A model generated the notes under the pieces. The model was not told the origin of the DNA. It made no database searches and worked only from the letters and a program-made list of their open reading frames with translations. Of a DNA stretch of 64,000 bases, positions 41,906 to 52,481 are shown one piece after another. Each line of letters begins with the position of its first letter. Position 1 is the first letter of the stretch. A program made the translations under genes and the position numbers. This stretch comes from Alphaproteobacteria bacterium (GTDB lineage: Bacteria > Pseudomonadota > Alphaproteobacteria > CACIAM-22H2): NCBI GenBank assembly GCA_036381615.1, contig DASVCL010000069.1:8154-72153 (forward strand). Direction: 5' to 3'.

Positions 41906-41989
41906 GGCGAGAGGGCCCATGCCGTGCATGGCGGCATGGGCCCTCTTTTGCGTTCCAGGAGAATACGCAGGAAGCGACGAGGTTCCGCG

Positions 41990-42532
41990 ATGCTCGACGA
42001 ACTCAGGGACGCCTTGCCCGATTATGCCAAGGACCTGAAGCTCAACCTGTCGTCCGTGCTGTCGCCGCCCGGCCTCAGCGACCAGCAGGTCTGGGGTACG
42101 GCGCTTGCATCCGCGATTGCCGCGCGCAATCCGCGCGTGCTTGCGGCGGTCGCCGCCGAGGCCGAGCGCCGCCTGTCGCCCGACGCCGTGCGCGCGGCCA
42201 AGGGTGCCGCGGCCATCATGGGCATGAACAACATCTATTACCGCTTCACCCACACCGTCACGGCCAAGGAGTACGCCGGCATGCGGGCGGGCCTGCGCAT
42301 GAACATCATCGCCCAGCATGGCGTGTCGGCGACCGATTTCGAGCTCTGGTGCCTTGCCGTCTCGGCGGTCAACGGGTGCAGCGCGTGCATGGACAACCAC
42401 GAGAAGGCCGTCGTCGAGAAGGGCGCGACGCGCGAGGCCGTTCAGGCGGTCGTCAAGATCGCGTCCGTCATCCACGCCGTGGCCGTCGTGCTGGAGGCCG
42501 AGGCCACCGTGCCGGCCGCCGTCCCGGCCTGA
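41990..42532 (+). CDS. ahpD: Alkyl hydroperoxidase AhpD (carboxymuconolactone decarboxylase family)
   Basis: CxxHx motif (NGCSACMDNHEK). 180 aa. Immediately downstream of ahpC. Confidence 0.85.
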   Translation: MLDELRDALPDYAKDLKLNLSSVLSPPGLSDQQVWGTALASAIAARNPRVLAAVAAEAERRLSPDAVRAAKGAAAIMGMNNIYYRFTHTVTAKEYAGMRAGLRMNIIAQHGVSATDFELWCLAVSAVNGCSACMDNHEKAVVEKGATREAVQAVVKIASVIHAVAVVLEAEATVPAAVPA

Positions 42533-42718
42533 TCGCGCGATCCGGCCGGCGGTGCGCGTCGGCGGGCCACCCGCACAGATCCACCCGGTCGCGAGGCGGC
42601 CTGCCCCTTGGCGCGATCCCGCCGATGCGGCAAGGAAACCGGCCGCCCGAAAGGCCGGCCTGACCGGCAGGCGCCGGGCAATGGCGATGATGTTGCATGC
42701 GGAGCCGTGCGGCGATAG

Positions 42719-43963
<1,245 letters not shown>

Positions 43964-44085
43964 GAAATCCGTGCAGGACATCCGTGACGGTCTCGTGTTC
44001 TCTCGTCCGGTGACCGACATCGCCCGGCCCGAACCCGCGCCGGCTCGAAGGATTACGGCTACTGTTTGATGTCGAAGGGACTCGG

Positions 44086-45024
44086 ATGAAGATTGCGATC
44101 GTTGGTGCCGGGGGGGTGGGCGGCTATTTCGGCGCGCGCCTTGCCGCCGCCGGAGAGGACGTCTGGTTTCTCGCGCGCGGGCGTCATCTCGACGCGATCC
44201 GGCGCTGCGGACTGCGCGTCAAGAGCCGGCTCGGCGACGTGCACGTCGAGCCGGCCCAGGCGACCGACGATCCCGCCGCGATCGGTCCGGTCGATCTCGT
44301 GGTCCTGACGGTGAAGTTGTGGGATACGGAGGCCGCGATCGCCGCCGCGAAGCGGCTCGTCGGCGCCGACACCGCGCTCGTTTCGTTCCAGAACGGCGTC
44401 GTCGCCGGCGATCAGCTCGCCGCCGCGTTCGGACGTGAACGGGTGCTCGGCGGGGTATCCCACATCTCGGCCGTCATCTCCGGCCCGGGGATCATCCTGC
44501 ATACCGGCACGATGGCGCGGCTGACGGTCGGCGAGTTTGATGGCCGCCGGACGGCGCGGGCGAACGCCTTCGTCGAGGCCTGCCGCAAGGCGGGGATCGA
44601 TGTGGTTCTGTCGGACGACATCCGGCGGGCGATCTGGGAAAAGTTCATCTTCCTCGCCTCGTTCAGCGGTGTCACGACGCTGACCCGCCTGGCCAAGGGG
44701 CCGATCTTCGCCGACGCGGATACGCGCGCCCTGTTCGAGGCGGCCGTCGCCGAGGCCACGGCCGTGGCGCGTGCGAGCGGCGTGACGCTCGCCGACGACG
44801 TCGTCGCGTCGATGATGCGCTTCGCCGAAGGCCTGCCGGATGACATGAAGTCGTCCATGCTGGCCGATCTCGAGCGCGGCAACCGTCTCGAGGTGCCATG
44901 GCTCTCTGGCACGGTGGCGCAGCTGGGCGAGAAGACCGGCGTGCCGACGCCCGTGCATCGGGTCATCTTCCAGGCGCTGAAGCCGTATGCCGGCGGTCGC
45001 ACCAGTTCGGTGATGCCGGTCTGA
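44086..45024 (+). CDS. panE: 2-dehydropantoate 2-reductase (ketopantoate reductase)
   Basis: MKIAIVGAGGVGGYFGARLAAAG with ApbA N- and C-terminal domains. Confidence 0.85.
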   Translation: MKIAIVGAGGVGGYFGARLAAAGEDVWFLARGRHLDAIRRCGLRVKSRLGDVHVEPAQATDDPAAIGPVDLVVLTVKLWDTEAAIAAAKRLVGADTALVSFQNGVVAGDQLAAAFGRERVLGGVSHISAVISGPGIILHTGTMARLTVGEFDGRRTARANAFVEACRKAGIDVVLSDDIRRAIWEKFIFLASFSGVTTLTRLAKGPIFADADTRALFEAAVAEATAVARASGVTLADDVVASMMRFAEGLPDDMKSSMLADLERGNRLEVPWLSGTVAQLGEKTGVPTPVHRVIFQALKPYAGGRTSSVMPV

Positions 45025-45146
45025 GTTCGCGCGCGCCCGGCTGCTGAATCGATCCGGCAACGGCCTCGGGTGGAACGAAGCGGCCGTTGCGCGGTTCTTG
45101 ATCGACTGAGCCGTTGGCGGGACGCGCCACGGCGCCGGGCCGCGAC

Positions 45147-46847
45147 ATGTTCCTGTTCGACATCGATCGTCTGCTGCGCGCGCACGATCCGCACTGGCGA
45201 CGTCGCATCGCCGTGATCTTCACGCTCGCGGCGCTCACCAGCGCCGCCGTGGTGTTGCGGCCGCTGCCGATCAAGACTTTGCTCGAGCCGCCGTCGCCCG
45301 ATTCGCCCTTCGGCCGGCTGGAGCAGTTCGTGTCGGGCGAGGTCGGCCGGCTGTGGCTCTATGTCGGCCTCGTCATCCTCATCGAGCTCGGCATTCTGGC
45401 GCTGCGGCTCGGCGTCGAGTACCGGGTGTCCCATCTGACCGAGCGGATCAACCGTTCGATCCGCAACGACATCGTCGTGAAGCTGCTGCGTGGTCCGTGG
45501 CGAACGGCGGGCGGGGTCGGAGCGGGCGCGGTTCTCGCCGCGGCATCGGCGGACCTCGATTCGGTGCAGCGCCTGCTGCGCGAGGCGCTGGTTGCCGCCG
45601 GCGTCGCCGTTCTCCAGCTCACGCTGATGCTGGTGGTGATCTTCTTCGTCGAGATCTGGCTGTTCTGGATCCTCGCCGTCGAGGTCGCCGTGCTCGCCGC
45701 CGCGATCGCCTGGTACGCGGCCTGGCGCAAGCGCCACTATCTCGTGAAAATGTCGATCGAGGAGCGTTTCCTGAGCCTCCTGTCGACGCTCTATCACAAG
45801 AACCTCGACATCCGCTTCACCCGGCTCGGTGCTGCATTTCTCGCCCGGCTCACGGCGCTCGCCCGGCGCTTCTACGCCGTCCAGCTTCTGCTGTGGCGTC
45901 GGCACGGCGTCTACCACGGCGCGGTCGAATTCGTCATCGGTATCTCGGCGGCGCTGTCCCTCGTGCTGTTGTTCGTGCTGTCGGCGGGTGGCCCGCCGCC
46001 CGTGGGCAAGTTTCTCGTCTTCGCCTACTACACCGTACTGATCTTTCCCAACCTGTCGCAGATCGGCGAGGCATGGCCGATGATCAACGACGCCCGCGCG
46101 GCGCTGGGCCGGATCGAGGGAACGACCGCGGGCGCCGAACAGTTTCACCACGCGCACGCCACGCCTGCGCGATTCGGCGACATCGTGTTCGACGAGGTTT
46201 CGCTGCGGAACGCGAACGGCGACGTCATTCTCGATCGCGCGTCGTTCGTCATCCGTCCCGGCGAGAAGGTCAGCCTGTTCGGCGAGAGCGGCACCGGAAA
46301 GACCTCGCTCCTGACGCTGCTGCTCGGGCTGCAGCCGCCGACATCGGGTCGCATCACGATCGACGGCCGCGACGTGCGCACGCTCTCGCTCGCCGACATC
46401 AAGCGGTTCTTCGTGTTCGCCCGTGCCCAGCCGGCGTTCGTGCCGGGTCGGGTCGACGAGAACATCGCCCTGTATCGCCGGCTGGACGAGGCCGACCTCC
46501 GCAACGTGCTCGAGCGTGCGCGCCTTGCCGCACGCCTCGCGGGCACGCGTGACGGCGTTCGTGCCGCGATCGGCGACAAGGGCGAGCCGTTCTCGGGCGG
46601 CGAACAGCAGCGGATCGCCTTCGCGCGCGTACTTCTGTCGGACGCGCCCTGCCTGATCCTCGACGAGGCGCTCAATTCGCTCGACGAGGAGTCCGAGCTG
46701 TGGATGCTGCGGCGCTTGATCTCTGCAACCGACGATCGCACCGTCATCTGCGTTTCGCACCGGCGAAGCGCAGCGCTGCTGTTTCCTTATCGCATTGAAA
46801 TTGCAAAGGGAGGCAAGGTCACGGTCGTACGACCGGCGAGCGAATAA
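45147..46847 (+). CDS. ABC transporter ATP-binding protein/permease (type I exporter half-transporter)
   Basis: An N-terminal 6-TM domain with Walker A GESGTGKTS, signature FSGGEQQRIAFARV, Walker B LILDEA and H-loop VSHR. Confidence 0.85.
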   Translation: MFLFDIDRLLRAHDPHWRRRIAVIFTLAALTSAAVVLRPLPIKTLLEPPSPDSPFGRLEQFVSGEVGRLWLYVGLVILIELGILALRLGVEYRVSHLTERINRSIRNDIVVKLLRGPWRTAGGVGAGAVLAAASADLDSVQRLLREALVAAGVAVLQLTLMLVVIFFVEIWLFWILAVEVAVLAAAIAWYAAWRKRHYLVKMSIEERFLSLLSTLYHKNLDIRFTRLGAAFLARLTALARRFYAVQLLLWRRHGVYHGAVEFVIGISAALSLVLLFVLSAGGPPPVGKFLVFAYYTVLIFPNLSQIGEAWPMINDARAALGRIEGTTAGAEQFHHAHATPARFGDIVFDEVSLRNANGDVILDRASFVIRPGEKVSLFGESGTGKTSLLTLLLGLQPPTSGRITIDGRDVRTLSLADIKRFFVFARAQPAFVPGRVDENIALYRRLDEADLRNVLERARLAARLAGTRDGVRAAIGDKGEPFSGGEQQRIAFARVLLSDAPCLILDEALNSLDEESELWMLRRLISATDDRTVICVSHRRSAALLFPYRIEIAKGGKVTVVRPASE

Positions 46848-46942
46848 GAGATACACAGTAAAATCACTTGCCAATCCTATAGGGCGGCGGGAAGCTACTT
46901 GAAAAATCAGAACACGAAACCGCGCCCCGAATGGGAGGACGA

Positions 46943-48997
46943 ATGCCCCGTAAGGAACCTTCGGGCCCGCGCTGTGCCGCACTCGTCGGGCCCTACCTCA
47001 GCGGTAAGACGACATTGCTCGAAAGCCTGCTCGCCACGACCGGCGCCATCCCGCGAAAGGGATCGGTGAAGGAAGGCAGCTCCGTCGGCGATTCGGCGCC
47101 GGCGGCACGGGCACGCCACATGAGCGTGGAAATCAACGTCGCGACGACCCAGTTCATGGACGAGAGCTGGACGTTCATCGACTGTCCGGGCTCGATCGAA
47201 TTTGCGCACGAAAGCTACACGGCACTGATGGCCGCCGACGTCGCCGTCGTCGTGTGCGAGCCGGTGCCGGAGCGCGCGCTGATGCTGGCGCCGCTGCTCA
47301 AGTTCCTCGACGATCACCGGATCCCGCACGTGCTGTTCATCAACAAGATCGACCAGGCGACGGCTCGTGTGCGTGACATTCTTGCGGCAATGCAGGCCGT
47401 TTCGGCCCGGCCGCTGGTTCTGCGTCACGTGCCGATCCGCGAGGGCGAGCGCATCGCCGGCTATGTCGACCTCGTCAGCGAGCGGGCCTACCAGTACAAG
47501 CCCGGTCAGGCGTCGGACCTCGTGTCCATTCCGCCGGACGTGATCGACCGGGAAAAGGAAGCGCGTCAGAGTCTGCTCGAGACGCTGGCAGACTTCGACG
47601 ACCGGCTGCTCGAACAGCTCGTCGAGGATACGGTCCCGCAGCGGGACGAGATCTACGCGCATCTGACGCGGAACATGCGCGCCGACCGCATCGTGCCGGT
47701 GTTCTTCGGCTCGGCCGAACGCGATAACGGCGTCCGTCGTCTGCTCAAGATGCTGCGGCACGAAGCCCCTCCGGCAGCGGTGACGATGGACCGCCTCGAT
47801 ATTCCGGCGGACGGCGAACCGGTCGCGCAGGTGTTCAAGACGCAGTACGCGGGGCATTCGGGCAAGGTGTCCTATGTGCGCGTGTGGCGCGGCCCCTTGA
47901 CGGACGGCATGAGTCTGTCGGACGGCCGGACGACCGCGCGGATCGCGGGCGTGTTCCGGCCGCTCGGCACAAGCCTGAGCAAGCTGACCAGGGCGGAGAC
48001 CGGCGAAGTCGTCGCGCTGGGGCGGCTTGACGGCATCACGACCGGCGCGACGCTCACGCCGTCCGGTGCGATCTTCGAGGGGATTGCGCCCTGGCCGTCG
48101 CCGCCGAGCCCGTGCTTCGCGCTCGCGATCGCGGCGGAGAAGCGGGCCGACGAGGTCAAGCTGTCCGGCGCGCTCCAGAAGATCACCGAGGAAGATCCCT
48201 CGCTGACGATCGAACACAATGCCGATACGAATGAGCACGTGCTGTGGGGGCAGGGCGAAATCCATCTCGCCGTGGCGCTCGAACGGCTCCGCACCCAGTA
48301 CAACATGGCGGTCAGCGCCCGCCCGCCCCAGGTGCCGTACAAGGAGACGATCCGCCGCGGCGTAACCCAGCATGCGCGCCACAAGCGGCAGACGGGCGGA
48401 CACGGGCAGTTCGCGGACGTCAAGGTCGAGATCCGGCCGTTGCCGCGCGGCCAGGGCTTCACGTTCGAGGATCGCATCGTCGGCGGCGCCATACCGCGCA
48501 ACTTCATCCCCGCGGTCGAGGACGGCATTCGCGAGTATCTCAACCGGGGGCCGCTCGGCTTCCCCGTCGTCGACGTCCACGTCACACTGTTCGACGGCCA
48601 GTATCACGACGTCGACAGCTCGGACCAGGCGTTCAAGACGGCGGGTGCCATGGCCATGCGCGAGGGGATGCCGAAATGCGAGCCGGTGCTCCTCGAGCCG
48701 ATCTGCAAGGTGACGATCGCCGTGCCGAACGAGTTCACGTCCAAGGTGCAGCGCCTCATCCCGCAGCGACGCGGGCAGATCCTCGGCTTCGATGCACGCC
48801 CGGGCTGGGATGGCTGGGACGAGGTGCAGGCCTTCCTGCCGCAGGCCGAGATGCACGACCTGATCGTCGAGCTGCGCTCGGCGACGATGGGCGTGGGCAC
48901 CTTCGAGTGGTCGTTCGATCACTTGGCGGAGCTGACCGGAAAGCTCGCCGAGCGCGTGGTGAGTCGCAGCCGCGTCGAGGAAAAGGTCGCGACGTAG
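46943..48997 (+). CDS. Elongation factor G-like translational GTPase paralog (non-canonical G1 motif)
   Basis: Five-domain EF-G architecture. G1 is GPYLSGKTT (canonical AHIDAGKTT). G3 is DCPG and G4 is NKID. Switch I is RHMSVEI instead of RGITI. A GGGAGG RBS precedes the start. Confidence 0.85.
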   Translation: MPRKEPSGPRCAALVGPYLSGKTTLLESLLATTGAIPRKGSVKEGSSVGDSAPAARARHMSVEINVATTQFMDESWTFIDCPGSIEFAHESYTALMAADVAVVVCEPVPERALMLAPLLKFLDDHRIPHVLFINKIDQATARVRDILAAMQAVSARPLVLRHVPIREGERIAGYVDLVSERAYQYKPGQASDLVSIPPDVIDREKEARQSLLETLADFDDRLLEQLVEDTVPQRDEIYAHLTRNMRADRIVPVFFGSAERDNGVRRLLKMLRHEAPPAAVTMDRLDIPADGEPVAQVFKTQYAGHSGKVSYVRVWRGPLTDGMSLSDGRTTARIAGVFRPLGTSLSKLTRAETGEVVALGRLDGITTGATLTPSGAIFEGIAPWPSPPSPCFALAIAAEKRADEVKLSGALQKITEEDPSLTIEHNADTNEHVLWGQGEIHLAVALERLRTQYNMAVSARPPQVPYKETIRRGVTQHARHKRQTGGHGQFADVKVEIRPLPRGQGFTFEDRIVGGAIPRNFIPAVEDGIREYLNRGPLGFPVVDVHVTLFDGQYHDVDSSDQAFKTAGAMAMREGMPKCEPVLLEPICKVTIAVPNEFTSKVQRLIPQRRGQILGFDARPGWDGWDEVQAFLPQAEMHDLIVELRSATMGVGTFEWSFDHLAELTGKLAERVVSRSRVEEKVAT

Positions 48998-49261
48998 CAC
49001 CGGTCTTGCGCCCGCGGCCCTGCGGCCGGGGCGGGCGCGTCGCCGGCCGCCGGCCCCGTGCATCGATCGCAACTGCCTCGGGGCCGGCGGCGTCTTCGGC
49101 GCGCAATCTCATCGCCGCGCATCTCCCCGGCTCCTGCCGTCCCTTCAGGGGTACCTCCAACACGCCCGGACCCAGTCGCGTTGCCGTTCGTTCGTCGCAT
49201 GGCTGGCCCGCCGGCCGAGCAGTTGAGTTTAAGCTCGATTGATTATATGGTTATGTCGTAC

Positions 49262-49278
49262 TTTAGATAGATTCTAAA
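49262..49278. promoter_or_regulatory. Irr/ICE-type box (TTTAGAT-AGA-TTCTAAA) in the dps promoter
   Basis: 16 of 17 match to TTTAGAA-N3-TTCTAAA. It sits about 28 nt upstream of the dps ATG, overlapping the likely -10 region. Confidence 0.55.
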
Positions 49279-49305
49279 TCGTCTCCGGACGGGAAAGGAG
49301 CAGAT

Positions 49306-49812
49306 ATGGCTGAGGCGCACACCAAGGAACGCACTACGGCGAAGGCGCGGGCTCCGCGCGTGAACGACGCCACCCGGGCGGTCTCGGAAGCATTGGCGCG
49401 GGCGCTCGCCAACACTTACACGCTCTATCTCAAGACCCATAACTACCATTGGAATGTGACGGGGCCGCAATTCGCGTCGCTGCATACCCTGTTCGAGACG
49501 CAGTACACCGAGCTTGCGGCCGCCGTGGACACGATCGCGGAACGCATTCGCGCCCTCGGCCACGTGGCGCCGGGCAGCTACAGCGCCTTCGCGCGGCTGG
49601 GCGAGATCAACGAAGCGCCGGATCAGCCGCCGTCCGCGATGGACATGGTCCGCGATCTCGCCGCCGACAACGAGACGCTCGTGCGCATCGCCGAGGATGT
49701 GAACCGCATTGCCGACGAGCACGGTGACGTCGCCTCCGGCGACCTCATGATCGAGCGCATGCAGGTGCACGCCAAGGCGGCCTGGATGCTGCGCGCGCAT
49801 CTCGAGGGCTGA
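49306..49812 (+). CDS. dps: DNA starvation/stationary phase protection protein Dps
   Basis: Ferritin-like four-helix bundle with the Dps ferroxidase motif (YTLYLKTHNYHWNVTGPQFASLHTLFE...IAERIRALG). Confidence 0.9.
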   Translation: MAEAHTKERTTAKARAPRVNDATRAVSEALARALANTYTLYLKTHNYHWNVTGPQFASLHTLFETQYTELAAAVDTIAERIRALGHVAPGSYSAFARLGEINEAPDQPPSAMDMVRDLAADNETLVRIAEDVNRIADEHGDVASGDLMIERMQVHAKAAWMLRAHLEG

Positions 49813-50051
49813 GGGCGGCGCGCTTCGCGTTGCGCCATCTCAGATCCGTCGTCGCCCCGGTCCGGATCGAGGCCGGGGTGACGACGCAAGCCCGCGCGCG
49901 ACGATCCGCGCCCGCAGTATGTGCAACCGCCGATCGTTGCGCGCGGCACGGACGACATCTCGCACGGGCTACCCCTCCTAACCCCTTGCCGACGGGGTTT
50001 CGGCTTCACGAAAGTTCCAAGGATCTGCAACGGAACTGACGTCATTCCGTC

Positions 50052-50885
50052 GTGAAGCCGGTCAATCCGCCGATCCTGGCCCTGTCGCCCGCGCGGCGAT
50101 TGCGCAACCTCGTCCTCGATCAGGCGCGGCGCCTTTGCGCGCTCGTGTGCGCGATCGCGCTTGCGGCATGGCGCGACCGTCGCATCCGCGCCCTCGGGCT
50201 GAGCGTCCTCGCGATCGATTTCCTGTTCATCGCCATCAATTTCCTGGTCAAACTCTCGAAGGCCACGCGCAAGATCACGCTCGACATGAGCGCGTTCGAC
50301 AAGCCGTATCTGTCGCTGGACTGGGATGGCGGCTTGCCGGAGATCTTCGGCTATGTCCAGACGGCGGCGACGGCGCTGCTGCTGTTGGCGCTGGCACGCC
50401 GGACCGGTCGGGCGATGTACGCTGCGCTCGGCGGCATTTTCCTCGTCATCCTCGCCGACGATGCGCTGATGATCCACGAAACCCTGGGCGACGCCATCGC
50501 CATGGACTTGAACCTGCCGTGGTTCGTGGGACTGCGTCCGCAGGACTTCGGCGAACTCGCCGCCGATGGCGGCATGCTCCTGTTGGTCGGGGCGCTGTTC
50601 GTCTACGGCATCCGGCGCTCTGACCGCGACGACATCGACGTGGCGCTGCTTTTCGCGGCCATCGTCGGCGCCATCGCGTTCTTCGGCGTCGTCGTGGATA
50701 TGCTCGTGATCGAGCTGTATTACGGGCTGTCCCGTCGCTTCGCGCGTCTGCTCAGCGTGCTCGAGGACGGCGGCGAACTGGTCGGCATGACGCTCGCGCT
50801 GCTCGTGGCCGTGACGTTGTATGCGGGGCGTCACCTCTCCGTGCCGGCGACCCGGCGCAAGAGGATCGAAAAGACGAAGCCGTAG
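50052..50885 (+). CDS. Hypothetical integral membrane protein
   Basis: Multiple hydrophobic helices. No recognised family. The start is uncertain: the track start is GTG 50052, which lies inside a palindromic element. Confidence 0.5.
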   Translation: MKPVNPPILALSPARRLRNLVLDQARRLCALVCAIALAAWRDRRIRALGLSVLAIDFLFIAINFLVKLSKATRKITLDMSAFDKPYLSLDWDGGLPEIFGYVQTAATALLLLALARRTGRAMYAALGGIFLVILADDALMIHETLGDAIAMDLNLPWFVGLRPQDFGELAADGGMLLLVGALFVYGIRRSDRDDIDVALLFAAIVGAIAFFGVVVDMLVIELYYGLSRRFARLLSVLEDGGELVGMTLALLVAVTLYAGRHLSVPATRRKRIEKTKP

Positions 50886-51007
50886 TCGCTGGCACGTCGG
50901 TCTTCTTGGCGGGCGAGACGGCCGTCGAACGGCGCCGCTCTCCCGATCTGCGGCCGTCCGGCCGCGGCGCAGGCGATCCGGGGTTCGTGCCGGATGCGAG
51001 GATGCGC

Positions 51008-52426
51008 TCAGTCGCCCACCCAGGCGACGCGCAGGATGTTGGTCGCGCCCGGTGTGCCGAACGGCACGCCGGCGGTGATCACCAGGCGATCGCCGAGCTT
51101 GGCGAATTCCTCGCGGCGTGCGACGGCGACGGCCTTCTCCACCATGTCCTGGAAGCTCCTGACGTCTTCGGTGACGACGGCGTGCACGCCCCAGGCGAGC
51201 GACAGCCGGCGCGCGGCGGCGATGTTCTCGGTCACGCACAGGATCGGCACGTCGGGGCGCTCGCGCGACGCGCGGAGCGTGGTGGACCCGGACGTCGTGT
51301 AGGTGACGATCGCCGACGCGCGAAGGGTGTGGGCAATCTGGCGTGCCGCGGCAGTGATCGCGTCGGATGACGTCGCCTCGGGTTCCGCGTGGTCGGCATC
51401 GACGATGCGGCGGAAGAGCGGGTCGCGCTCGACGCGCTCGATGATGCGGTTCATGATCGTGACCGCCTCGATCGGATAGCTGCCGGACGCGGTCTCGGCC
51501 GACAGCATGACGGCGTCGGCGCCGTCATAGACGGCGGTCGCGACGTCGGATGCCTCGGCGCGCGTCGGCGCGGGGGCGTTCACCATCGATTCCAGCATCT
51601 GCGTCGCGACGATCACGGGTTTGCCGGCGCGGCGGCAGGCGCGCAGGATGTGTTTTTGCAGACTGGGCACGTCCTCGGGCGGCAGTTCGACGCCGAGGTC
51701 GCCGCGGGCTACCATGACTGCATCGGACAGCTCGACGATCTCGTTGAGACGGTCGATGGCGGCCGGCTTCTCCAGCTTCGCCATCAACGCGGCGCGTCCG
51801 GCGATCAGCCGTCGTCCCTCGGCGATGTCGTCGGGGCGCTGCACGAACGACATCGCCACCCAGTCGACGCCGAGATCGAGACCGAAGGTGAGGTCCCGAC
51901 GATCCTTTTCGGTGAGCGGCGACAGCGGCAGGACGACGCCCGGCACGTTGACGCCCTTGCGGTCGGACAGCACGCCGCCGGTCACGACCTTGGTTCGGCA
52001 GAAACCCTGCCCGCTCTCGACGATCTGCAGCCGGATACGCCCGTCGTCCAGCAGCAGGTCGGCGCCCTCGCTGATCGCGGCGAAGATTTCGGGGTGCGGC
52101 AGCGGCGCGCGTGTCGCGTCGCCCGGCGTCGGGTCGAGGTCGAGCCGGAACTCGGCCCCTGGTTCCAGTCTGACCTTGCCGTCGCGAAAGGTGCCGACCC
52201 TCAGCTTCGGTCCCTGCAGGTCCAGGAGGATGCTGATCGGCCGGCCGAGTCGCGCCTCGAGCGCGCGGATCGCCTGCACGCGCGCGCGGTGGTCGTCGTG
52301 CGTGCCGTGGCTGAAGTTCAGGCGGAAAACGTCGACGCCGGCGCGGAACAGCGCTTCGATGCGTTCGGGCGTGGATGTCGCGGGCCCGAGGGTGGCGACG
52401 ATTTTCGTCGATCTGTGCCGTCGCAT
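51008..52426 (-). CDS. pyk: Pyruvate kinase
   Basis: RRHRSTKIVATLGPATSTPE, MVARGDLGVELP and the full three-domain PK pattern. Confidence 0.95.
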   Translation of the reverse strand: MRRHRSTKIVATLGPATSTPERIEALFRAGVDVFRLNFSHGTHDDHRARVQAIRALEARLGRPISILLDLQGPKLRVGTFRDGKVRLEPGAEFRLDLDPTPGDATRAPLPHPEIFAAISEGADLLLDDGRIRLQIVESGQGFCRTKVVTGGVLSDRKGVNVPGVVLPLSPLTEKDRRDLTFGLDLGVDWVAMSFVQRPDDIAEGRRLIAGRAALMAKLEKPAAIDRLNEIVELSDAVMVARGDLGVELPPEDVPSLQKHILRACRRAGKPVIVATQMLESMVNAPAPTRAEASDVATAVYDGADAVMLSAETASGSYPIEAVTIMNRIIERVERDPLFRRIVDADHAEPEATSSDAITAAARQIAHTLRASAIVTYTTSGSTTLRASRERPDVPILCVTENIAAARRLSLAWGVHAVVTEDVRSFQDMVEKAVAVARREEFAKLGDRLVITAGVPFGTPGATNILRVAWVGD

Positions 52427-52481
52427 GGCGTGGTCAATGTAGCGTCAGATTCCCGTGAGTTCGAGCGGTTATGTTCGCGGC

